Source of the DNA: an uncultured Methanosarcinales archaeon
GTDB lineage: Archaea > Nanobdellota > Nanobdellia > Woesearchaeales > DATDXC01
DNA length: 34,635 nt
Direction: 5' to 3'
NCBI GenBank assembly: GCA_964510025.1
Contig: CAZDZV010000014.1
Coordinates: 1 to 34,635 of the forward strand
Shown piece by piece: positions 27,701-34,635 of this stretch (position 1 is the stretch's first letter; each line of letters starts with the position of its first letter). Below the pieces are notes generated by a model. The model was not told the origin of the DNA, ran no database searches, and worked only from the letters and a program-made list of their open reading frames with translations. The position numbers and the translations under genes are program-made.

Positions 27701-29306
27701 CGACTGTTGTTGACACGCATTCACTGATATTAAACGTCTCCACGATATCTGCTGTAATATTTCTGGTTATGGTGACAGAACAGCTAGCCTCCGCTACTGA
27801 TGTCATGGTTATGTTATGCTCAGTTGTCTGGTTTGCTATCAAAGTAACATTGTTCAGGTACCTTTCATAGCCGTTTCTGGTTGCAACGATGAAATAGTTG
27901 CCTATAGGTGCTGTTATGTTATAGCTTCCGTTTTCATTTGAAGTGGCATTGTATGTTGTTCCGCCCAGATATACGGTAGCATTCACGATCGGGCTGTTGC
28001 CTGTATCCAGCACATAGCCATTTACGATGCTCTCTTCACCCTGAAGGTTGCTTATGAGGCTCAGGTTAATGTCATATGTGATCCATGCGAGCAAGGGCAC
28101 TGTTATCCTATCTACATGGGGCTCATACAGTGACTTAAAAGCTGTTATTGTCTTGTTTCCTTCGAACGCAACCAAGCTGTATGTTCCGTTCTCATCGGTA
28201 TATGTATGATTATCGCCCACAGAAACAGTGGCATTCTCAATAGGAAGCCCTGTGTCAGCATCTCTTACAGTTCCGTTAACGAAACCTATGCCGCTCGGTT
28301 CACCCAGACCGTAATTTGGTATCATGGTAAAATTATACTGCAGCGGATTGTCCAGGTCAAGGGTTATCTGGTCGGTATATGTCAGATAGCCTGTCATCCT
28401 TGCTTCAAAATGATGGTCTCCTTCTCTCGCTATCATGCTGTAATAACCTGTCGCAGAAGAGTTTGCCTGCCAGTTCGTGCCGACTGTGATATTGACCCCT
28501 TCGATAGGCAATCCTGTTATGTTGTCAAATACATAACCGTCAAGCACAACCTGCTGTATGTTTGAGCAGTTGCCGAAAGGATCTGAGATTGGATCACCAT
28601 ACGCATAATACCTAATGTAGGATCTGTTTACAGGCACTGGCAGCATGATCTGATAATTGTATAGGTCCCCATCATACCCTATGGCAAGTGTATTAACATG
28701 GGTCCCGAATAAAAAAACATCATTATTGTCCTTTATTACGAATAAGTCAAAATCCGTTCCATTATCCTTTCCAAGCTGCTTGGTGTGCGTGCCAATTGTA
28801 GTGATGTTCACCCCGCCCAGATTAACAGTGATATTTCCAGTGAATGTATTTGTCGGAGAATCTTCTTCGAGCGGATCGCTTCCTACGAAATTCTCAAGCT
28901 CTTCGACTGTGACTGCTGAGTACGGAAACGAGAGATTAGTATACCATGTCTCTGAAAAATAGATATCATTGCCTGTCTGCCCAAAACAGTCAAATTCAAG
29001 GTCACTGTTGTTTACTTCTGTCACGCTTAGGTTAAACCAAAAAGGATCCAGTTCCTCGTTAAGCTCCAGGGAGAATAATCCTGCTACACCTGCCCAGTAG
29101 GAGGTCGTTTCCCTGGGCCGGATTATTATCTGGGTGATGGTCCCTGCTGTTGCGTTCAGCTGATATCCCAGATATCCGATAAAATCTTTAGCAAAGAACA
29201 AGCCAAGGATAGACCCCATCAATATCAGGAGCACAAATACGCTGAACAGTATTTTATTATCCAGCAATCTCTTCCTCTTTCGATATATTCTCTTGTATCT
29301 AACCAT
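24735..29306 (-). CDS. Surface protein-ATPase fusion A (1523 aa)
   Basis: N-terminal TM, subunit-like domain, four carboxypeptidase-regulatory-like repeats (e.g. VNGTVRDADTGLPIENATVSV), many NxS/T sequons, a (GPGL)n linker, Ig-like domains, a TM and the same ATPase as fusion B. Confidence 0.85.
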   Translation of the reverse strand: MVRYKRIYRKRKRLLDNKILFSVFVLLILMGSILGLFFAKDFIGYLGYQLNATAGTITQIIIRPRETTSYWAGVAGLFSLELNEELDPFWFNLSVTEVNNSDLEFDCFGQTGNDIYFSETWYTNLSFPYSAVTVEELENFVGSDPLEEDSPTNTFTGNITVNLGGVNITTIGTHTKQLGKDNGTDFDLFVIKDNNDVFLFGTHVNTLAIGYDGDLYNYQIMLPVPVNRSYIRYYAYGDPISDPFGNCSNIQQVVLDGYVFDNITGLPIEGVNITVGTNWQANSSATGYYSMIAREGDHHFEARMTGYLTYTDQITLDLDNPLQYNFTMIPNYGLGEPSGIGFVNGTVRDADTGLPIENATVSVGDNHTYTDENGTYSLVAFEGNKTITAFKSLYEPHVDRITVPLLAWITYDINLSLISNLQGEESIVNGYVLDTGNSPIVNATVYLGGTTYNATSNENGSYNITAPIGNYFIVATRNGYERYLNNVTLIANQTTEHNITMTSVAEASCSVTITRNITADIVETFNISECVSTTVDVLLNISQNDSKLTGALYTAKPSSVALPGFLNLGKYYEFSTNINISALQNATYTISYNESDIAGQFNESYLTAYYYNSTDDAWIELNISDLDIENDTISFIPLKQPFSFFVLGVRSAIIYGNITSGDAVLANVSIYTHGEITTSDANGSYSVIVAAGSHYLIAVMEGYNTYVEAYNITDGERLKHNIDMGSYRPPEEGPGLGPGLGPGLGPGSGPTPQQADVEERPTGMDIYTSLDAIKKKVRMGSFVEESLTIYNFKQVSSYLEFEVSGSVTPYVSLSMDDAVIAKNASAKLVVRLLGTGDPGFYSGMLKIKGDMQAFIPIELQIIKEGKIPLKSLIIKIDTLQKSAFRGHDFRYKTDIVNLLTDTEFDVHLNFTLTDMNKSKILYLGEQTTVVPTFISLLRNAQIPKDIELGDYILSVDAEYSGYESSAHTLFVIKDPFYKYNLFGIFPVWLLSTIIGLFSTGFFIVVIIKKQKEKKKRFHATVDYKEMPQEGERSLFVGYFAETKKKCFLDMDRLTVHSIVAGSTGGGKSISAQDIVEECLIKGVAVCVFDPTAQWSGMLRKLTDKNFLSFYTKFGLNPKKDARAFPGNIKAIKDHREIVDIFKYMKPGEIQVFTTNTLDPKNYDTFVANMIRQIFHSKLEEFRGLKYIVAFDEIHRILPKFGGSGEGFTQIERGCREFRKWGIGILLISQVLSDFVGEIKANINTLVQMKTRDEGDLNRIKMQYGEEFIQALVKAPVGSGMVQNSSWNRGQPFYVTFRPIFHSVVRLKDEELDEYNKYNAIVEQLEYEFEQLEELKQDVFDLKLELKLAKDKIKSGNFNMVKIYLDGLTPRIQKVWDKVGKKPKKLQIKLVSEDELKAELEAAKKAKEKLKKEEAASGGGEAAPKKEEPEVKMEPDQIKENMDQINKLFKDIDEAIGNKDYFSVNDRIIEIQSVTLPKKEKEDVNKKVEEYKKKVEDAKSGKAAGEAKSEGAKPAAAASEVKSK
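24741..26288. repeat. 1548-bp direct repeat, copy 2
   Basis: Matches 22369-23916. Confidence 0.93.
27070..27110. repeat. 12-bp tandem repeat (GGCCCTAGACCA) x3 plus a partial unit
   Basis: Read directly. Encodes the GPGL linker on the minus strand. Confidence 0.95.
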
Positions 29307-29814
29307 TTTGTTTTTTCAATGCCCTATGATAGACAGTCCAGATGGTGCTGTCATCCCTCTTAAGCAGAAGGGCAATCTCATGAAAATTCAGATTGTAATT
29401 TTCTTTGAGGTACATGACAATAGCTTCAAGCGTAGAGAAGGTGCGGTTTTTTAGTAGTGAAGCAGGTATCTTGAACCTTGTTTTTGTTAGCGTAAAGGGC
29501 TTGGGTAGTTTTTTAACGGCATTCCTATATGTGGCCCATATTGTCCTGATGTTACGATTTAGCAGGTCTGCTATCTGCCTGTTCGTGAGATGATGCTCTT
29601 CAAAAAGATATTTTACAATTGCCTCAAGAGAGCTCAGCCTATCGCTAAAAATCGAGACAGGTATGGTTGCTCCAGGTTTGCCGATCAGTCTGTTGATGTC
29701 ACTATTGCTGAAATTATGCTCTTCTTTAAGGTGATTTATTAATATGTCTAAGATTTGAGAATTGTCAAGATCCATGATATTATTTTCTCTGGCCACCTTC
29801 AATTCTTTCCTCAT
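29299..29814 (-). CDS. Regulator with two tandem HTH repeats (sigma70 region 4/LuxR-like)
   Basis: Internal duplication: IPVSIF..RLSSLEAIVKYL...IADLLNRNIRTIW and IPASLL..RTFSTLEAIVMYL...IALLLKRDDSTIW. Confidence 0.8.
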   Translation of the reverse strand: MRKELKVARENNIMDLDNSQILDILINHLKEEHNFSNSDINRLIGKPGATIPVSIFSDRLSSLEAIVKYLFEEHHLTNRQIADLLNRNIRTIWATYRNAVKKLPKPFTLTKTRFKIPASLLKNRTFSTLEAIVMYLKENYNLNFHEIALLLKRDDSTIWTVYHRALKKQNG

Positions 29815-30394
29815 ATGTAAGTAAATTGTTAGTATTATGTAAAGAACTTGTATATAAATGTTTTTATTTTTTTATACTAATATACTTATTTGTATACTTA
29901 ATAAATCCTAATTTATTATTATGTAAATATTTAAACAATTATTTACCCATTATGTAAGTATTAAATTATTATTATGTAAATAGACTTACAAGATAATAAA
30001 TAAATTTAGATATTATTAGTATTACTAATATTTTTAATAAGATGAATATTATTAAAATTATTAATATTTTTAATATTATCAGTATTATTATAATGTATAA
30101 TCAGGGTATAACAAGCACACAACCCAAATAGTATTTATAGTACTAATAATAATATTATTATTAATAATATAAATATTATAAATATTCTTTATATTATTAG
30201 TATTATCTAGGTTTGTCATAAGCTGAAAAGCAAGACCACATAGCCAATAGTAATACTAATAGTATAAATAATACAAATATTATAGATACTATGGATATTG
30301 TAAATATTATAAATAGTTTAAATATTATAAGTAGTACTAGTAATATAATAAACACACTAATCGAGATTTTAGAAAGCTTTAAATAGTATTACAG
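29815..30394. promoter_or_regulatory. Very AT-rich divergent intergenic region with repeated TATGTAA and TACTAAT motifs
   Basis: No ORF. Minus-strand TATA near 29851-29858 (TTTATATA) and plus-strand GAAAGCTTTAAATA at 30372-30385. Confidence 0.65.
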
Positions 30395-30409
30395 TTGATA
30401 TTTTACAAA

Positions 30410-30589
30410 ATGCCAACACATTGTAGGATATGCGGAAATAGCTTTAAGGAAAGTCCGGACTCAGTGGTATTATGTGCCCATAAGAAAGGCGTGGTGCATC
30501 TTGGCTGTTGCATCGACAACTGCGCATGGGACAAGAAGCCATGCGAGCACTGCCATGGTGTCTATGACAAGCTTAATGTATCAGAATAG
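30410..30589 (+). CDS. Small Cys/His-rich zinc-finger protein (RING/PHD-like spacing)
   Basis: CxxC-x13-CxH-x5-HxxC-x11-CxxC. TATA box about 25 nt upstream of the ATG, so probably leaderless. Confidence 0.7.
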   Translation: MPTHCRICGNSFKESPDSVVLCAHKKGVVHLGCCIDNCAWDKKPCEHCHGVYDKLNVSE

Positions 30590-31045
30590 TCATTTCTTCT
30601 CTTCTTTCTTATCTTCCTTTGTGGCTTCGCTATCATCCTTCTTAGGTTTCTTCCTGCTTAGCTTATAGATACCATAAAAATAAAGCACAAGAGCTAAGAT
30701 GGCCGCTGCTATGATGTCAGATAAGATAAATAAAGGTGTATAGAAAAGCCTATACCTCCACAAGGCCAGATTCTGTTTCATAGAAAGCTCTTTCTCAGGT
30801 TCGCAGTCAGTCCACCAGCCTGAGCTAGGAACACCTGTCTGGTTCATAGTCACATTATCCCAATCCATAGTCTCATTGAGAACGATATTAGGGCAGCTGA
30901 TGTTTTTTTCGCTGAAATAAAGCACAGGTCCTGCTATGATTACCTTTCTAAGCAAAAAAAGATTTATAACAATGACAATTATGAGATATTTGCGAAAATT
31001 CTGCTTCAGATTATCTCGAAGGTCAAAATATTGCTTCCAGTTCAC
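30590..31045 (-). CDS. Hypothetical membrane protein with a small extracellular Cys loop
   Basis: 2-3 TM segments and a basic/acidic tail. Begins 1 nt after the transporter stop. Confidence 0.7.
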   Translation of the reverse strand: MNWKQYFDLRDNLKQNFRKYLIIVIVINLFLLRKVIIAGPVLYFSEKNISCPNIVLNETMDWDNVTMNQTGVPSSGWWTDCEPEKELSMKQNLALWRYRLFYTPLFILSDIIAAAILALVLYFYGIYKLSRKKPKKDDSEATKEDKKEEKK

Positions 31046-31046
31046 C

Positions 31047-33191
31047 TTAGTTCACCTTGAAATCGATCTGTTCATCTGCAGAGACAATCAGGCTTATCTT
31101 CAGGTCATCAGTATATGCCTTGATCCTATTCAGCTTCACTTGTTTTTCCCTAAGCCCTGGCAGCCCCATTATGACAAGATCAGATTCTCCTGAATTTTCA
31201 GATATGATCCGCCTCATGCTTCTGCGCTTATCCAGTATCACCCTCACGTCTATATTCTCGATCCTTGACTGTTTTACAACATGTTCAAGTCTGGATTTCT
31301 CCTTATCCATCTCTCCTTTCTTTCTTACAACATTCAGCAGCCTTATCACGGCATTTTTCCATTGGTCTGAATTGGTTATAAGGTAAGCGAGGAGCATCAT
31401 GAGGTTTCCGTTCGCTGGGGTGCTCCACCATACGTCCACTTTCTTGAAATCGCTGAAGCCTAGGTTATTTCTAAGTATTATGATGTTCTTGTTGATAGTG
31501 GCAGCATCTTCGAGCAGCCTTGAAAGCTTGAATCTCTCGTCCAGGTCGATAAATATGGTATTGAACGATATATCTCCAAGTTTCTCGCTCTGAAGGATGG
31601 TCCTAATGCTGGTTGAGAAATCATCGCTGATTATAACCTCTGGATAAAGGTCGATTCCTGAATCCTGAACAAATTCCTTCATCTGCTTCTCCAGCTTCTC
31701 ACCCCTCTTTTTCTGCCGGTTAATTTTCCCAGATACCAAAAAATACAGCTTTGTGATGCTGGCTTTTGCGTTTATCCAGTCAAGAATGTTGAAGATTACG
31801 TTCTTGTTGTCCTTATTGGCAGAAAAAGCCACTATGGTTGGCCTCCAGCTCTTCCTCGACCTGCCTGTATAACCTATCTTGCTGAGGGCCTTCTTCAGGA
31901 TCTGAAACCTCACGCCATCCCATACGCTCTCGCTTTTAGCGCTGCCTTTGGTCTTGAGGAGAACATAGAAAAGCAAAACCTGCGCACCTATACCTACTAG
32001 CATGACTGTTGGGTTGAATAGGTACATGACAGTATAGCACGCCAACATACCATACAGGTGTATTATCGGAAAACTTGAAAAAGACGGCCTGAAGCTGGGA
32101 TTTTTTGACACCTTTTCAAAAAACGCAGCGCCGTTTATCCAGCCATACACATTCAGGAACAGGATAGCAACCACCTGTGCCACAGTCTCAAGCTGCCCCA
32201 AGAAAATGATGCCGGTTGCTATTGAAAGGCTCAATAGCAAGGCTGCTCTTGGTTCATTGCTCTCGCCTATGCTTTTGCCCAGGAACGACAGCTTATTGGA
32301 AAACAGCTTATCTTGGACCATCGCCCTCAATGATCTCGGAGCTGTCATAAAACAGCTTAAGGCTGATGATGATGTTGCAAGCAGAACCCCCAGGATGACC
32401 AGCTGAGGAAATAAGGCTATGTCATGGATGATATATGGGTTGCTTACTAGGTCTGCAGCATTTGCTGCAAAGGATAATTTTGTCGCTAAAGCCAGGTACA
32501 CCATCATCGTGAAGATTATTGCAGAAAAAGTGCCTACGACAAGGCTTCTCCTTGGGTTCTTCAGGTCGCCGCTCATGCCTACACCTGCATCGATTCCTGT
32601 GACTGCAGGAAAAAACATCGCAAACCCCACCCAGAAAGGCAATATCAGAGGTGCACTTAGTGGGGCAACCGTAGGATTGGCTCCCAAAAATATAGAGGCC
32701 AATGAAAGGAGGATCATGGTAAATATGAAATATTGGATCTTGATGACAAAGCTTGCCCCCCTGAATACAAGGATGCCGAAGATTGCTATAGACACGAGCG
32801 CCAGGTTCATTTCTGACATAAAAACATTAAGCGCAGCTAAAATAGATGCGACAGCCCTGGCAAATGCCATGGCATAAAAACTTGAAGCTACTGTCTGTGC
32901 CAGAAACAGCTGTATGCCTATGCTCCCCCCTAATTCTCGGCCTAGACTCCGTGAGATAAGATAATAAAGGCCCCCTCCTTTCACATCTATATTGCTGGCG
33001 ATCGAAGATATCGAAAAAGCTGTTGCTATAGTTATGGAATGTGCGATCAGCACAACAAGTACTGTCCTGAAAAGCCCCAATCCCCCCACTACCTTAGGAG
33101 CAATATAGTACATGACAGCCCCGAAGATAGCCAGCGCAGAGGGAATGAACACTCCAGAAAAAGTTCCGAATCTCACTGGCTTAGCGCTCAC
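31047..33191 (-). CDS. Cation-chloride cotransporter (CCC/SLC12, APC superfamily)
   Basis: FGTFSGVFIP, GGGLYYLISRSLG.E.GGSIG, FFPAVTGI.AG..MSGDLKNP, SFRP, WRP and VDVWW in the C-terminal domain. Confidence 0.9.
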   Translation of the reverse strand: MSAKPVRFGTFSGVFIPSALAIFGAVMYYIAPKVVGGLGLFRTVLVVLIAHSITIATAFSISSIASNIDVKGGGLYYLISRSLGRELGGSIGIQLFLAQTVASSFYAMAFARAVASILAALNVFMSEMNLALVSIAIFGILVFRGASFVIKIQYFIFTMILLSLASIFLGANPTVAPLSAPLILPFWVGFAMFFPAVTGIDAGVGMSGDLKNPRRSLVVGTFSAIIFTMMVYLALATKLSFAANAADLVSNPYIIHDIALFPQLVILGVLLATSSSALSCFMTAPRSLRAMVQDKLFSNKLSFLGKSIGESNEPRAALLLSLSIATGIIFLGQLETVAQVVAILFLNVYGWINGAAFFEKVSKNPSFRPSFSSFPIIHLYGMLACYTVMYLFNPTVMLVGIGAQVLLFYVLLKTKGSAKSESVWDGVRFQILKKALSKIGYTGRSRKSWRPTIVAFSANKDNKNVIFNILDWINAKASITKLYFLVSGKINRQKKRGEKLEKQMKEFVQDSGIDLYPEVIISDDFSTSIRTILQSEKLGDISFNTIFIDLDERFKLSRLLEDAATINKNIIILRNNLGFSDFKKVDVWWSTPANGNLMMLLAYLITNSDQWKNAVIRLLNVVRKKGEMDKEKSRLEHVVKQSRIENIDVRVILDKRRSMRRIISENSGESDLVIMGLPGLREKQVKLNRIKAYTDDLKISLIVSADEQIDFKVN

Positions 33192-33220
33192 TTTAACAAC
33201 CTACATTTTTAGAAAAGCGA

Positions 33221-34078
33221 TTATACCAACTCTATGTAAAAGTAAAATGCAACTGGAGGTTGTGAGCCTGGCAAAGCTGACTGCGGCAGGATTATCTGGA
33301 AGTCGTATGTGTTGAAATCAAAGCCCCAGGACTCGTTCCTCATAAGTGAAGCATATACGATATCATAGTCTTTCTCTGCGCCGTCTCCTCCTTCTCCTGC
33401 TGCCTGGAACGTTCCGTCCGTGAGAACCACCTGGGTCCAGTTTCCGTCTGCATGCGGCGGGTCTGACTCTGTGTTGTTGTAGTTAAGGTAGGTTCCATAG
33501 CATTCACTTTCTGCTGGAGATGATATGGAATCATTGTCCTGGATAGGATTATCACCGACATAGAATCCTGGATTGCTGAATCCGGTGGTCGTAAAGGTAT
33601 TGTATAATGAGTCCTCATCAGAGGCAGTATGGTTGAAATTGGTATTCTCTTCTGATATCATGCTGCTGTTTGCGCAGCTTAGGTTTGCCCAGATTGGTAT
33701 GCCTCCTGCATAAGGATTTGTCAGCTCGTTTGGTCCTGCAGCATCATAGCCTTCTTTTGTTGCGTACAGCTCGCCGGTTGTTGTTACTAGCTCCCAATCA
33801 TATAGTGCGTAGCCGTTTGCGTCCTGCAATGCAAATTCACCATAGACATGCCCTACATAGCCCACCCACTTCATGGTTGGCTGGGATTCAGTAATATTCA
33901 GCTCATAGATATATCCTCTTGTCCCGTTTTGCTGGGTTCCGTTTGGATAATCATTGGTCATGTTCTGCACAACCTCTATTGCTGTGGGTGCAGAAGGGAA
34001 TACAGCAAATACAGCTGAAGCTGCCAGTATAGATATTAATATGAAGATGCAGATTTGGTCTAGGTTCTTATTTCTCAT
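33221..34078 (-). CDS. Secreted acidic glycoprotein (putative surface or filament subunit)
   Basis: Signal peptide ending AVFA, many NxS/T sequons, GYIYELN...WVGYVG and a C-terminal YDFQIILP...FYFYIELV. Confidence 0.8.
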   Translation of the reverse strand: MRNKNLDQICIFILISILAASAVFAVFPSAPTAIEVVQNMTNDYPNGTQQNGTRGYIYELNITESQPTMKWVGYVGHVYGEFALQDANGYALYDWELVTTTGELYATKEGYDAAGPNELTNPYAGGIPIWANLSCANSSMISEENTNFNHTASDEDSLYNTFTTTGFSNPGFYVGDNPIQDNDSISSPAESECYGTYLNYNNTESDPPHADGNWTQVVLTDGTFQAAGEGGDGAEKDYDIVYASLMRNESWGFDFNTYDFQIILPQSALPGSQPPVAFYFYIELV

Positions 34079-34220
34079 GTTTCAGCCCAAGCTTGATTAG
34101 CTTCTCGATATAATTAGAGACCTTCATCAGATTTTCTTCGCATATCTTATTTATCTTCTGGACTAATTCTTCGTCTAAAGTGATAGAAATTCTTACCTTT
34201 GTCCCTGAACCCTTCTTCAT
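34068..34220 (-). CDS. Ribbon-helix-helix (CopG/MetJ-like) regulator, 50 aa
   Basis: Not in the ORF track. MKKGSGTKVRISITLDEELVQKINKICEENLMKVSNYIEKLIKLGLKHEK. Overlaps the next start by 11 nt. Confidence 0.8.
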   Translation of the reverse strand: MKKGSGTKVRISITLDEELVQKINKICEENLMKVSNYIEKLIKLGLKHEK

Positions 34221-34480
34221 TTTGTAATACCCGTTATACTAATGATAATAATCTCATCTGTCATAATTTTCTTATAAATCTTAATTGTGTTACCTTTCCC
34301 ACTAATAAACTAAATGCCATTTATCTTACTAATCAGATAACAAATATATAAATCTTTTGCTTTTTTTGGTAATACGTATAGGATTTATCATACTAATGCT
34401 ACAAAAATGTATACTCATATATTTAATAGCTATAAAATATTATTAATAATATTAGTAATACTAATAATAAGAATAATATA

Positions 34481-34506
34481 AATAATAATAATAATAATAA
34501 TAATAA
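34481..34506. repeat. (AAT)8 microsatellite
   Basis: Read directly, in the AT-rich intergenic region. Confidence 0.9.
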
Positions 34507-34534
34507 AAGTATTATCAATAAAATATAGTAGACT

Positions 34535-34635
34535 CTATACCAGTTCTACATAGAAGTAAAATGCAACAGGTGGCTGCTCTCCTGGCAAAGCTGACTGCGG
34601 CAGGATTATCTGGAAGTCGTATGTGTTGAAATCAA
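34535..34635 (-). CDS. 3' end of a paralogue of the 285-aa secreted protein (partial)
   Basis: Translates as DFNTYDFQIILPQSALPGEQPPVAFYFYVELV*, against ...PGSQPPVAFYFYIELV* in 33221-34078. Confidence 0.88.
   Translation of the reverse strand, partial: DFNTYDFQIILPQSALPGEQPPVAFYFYVELV

Noticed and set aside
29815..30394. Replication origin or CRISPR leader/array
   Set aside because: No ORB-like boxes with G-strings, about 25 kb from cdc6, and no regularly spaced 25-40-bp repeats or cas genes.
4511..33894. Numerous 60-190-aa antisense or alternate-frame ORFs in the track (e.g. 6767-7345, 8664-9236, 22562-23059, 32419-32877)
   Set aside because: They shadow well-supported genes, have Ser/Phe/Leu-biased composition typical of the reverse strand, and show no motifs.
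33221..34635. Diversity-generating retroelement TR/VR pair
   Set aside because: Differences are mostly synonymous and include C/T changes rather than adenine-specific ones. No reverse transcriptase is in the window.

Overview
Archaeal genomic scaffold, most likely from a DPANN/Nanobdellota (Woesearchaeota-like) genome. This is inferred from Orc1/Cdc6, BRE-TATA promoters, GAGGTG ribosome-binding sites and the gene families present. There is one 10-N scaffold gap. Three blocks: (1) 1-7 kb housekeeping: metallophosphoesterase, GT-C-like membrane protein, sugar epimerase, Sua5/TsaC, acylphosphatase, Cdc6 and SerRS, plus a three-microprotein run missed by the ORF track. (2) 7-16.5 kb divergent alpha-glucan/glycogen locus: two DUF5752-like proteins, GH57, GT4, wHTH, GH15, GT3 glycogen synthase, a GalT-like transferase and a GH133 debranching enzyme. 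(3) 20-34.6 kb cell-surface locus, the most unusual part. A translationally coupled operon encodes two membrane proteins with different extracellular regions, each fused to a nucleotide-identical 1548-bp cytoplasmic HerA/TrwB-like ATPase module, followed by a Sec11-type signal peptidase. The N-terminal domain of the 1523-aa fusion resembles two tandem secreted paralogues at the window end. The locus has its own tandem-HTH and RHH regulators and AT-rich intergenic regions with repeated motifs. It is a candidate undescribed ATPase-coupled surface appendage or uptake system with signs of gene conversion; assembly artefact has not been excluded. No rRNA, tRNA, CRISPR array or transposase was recognised.
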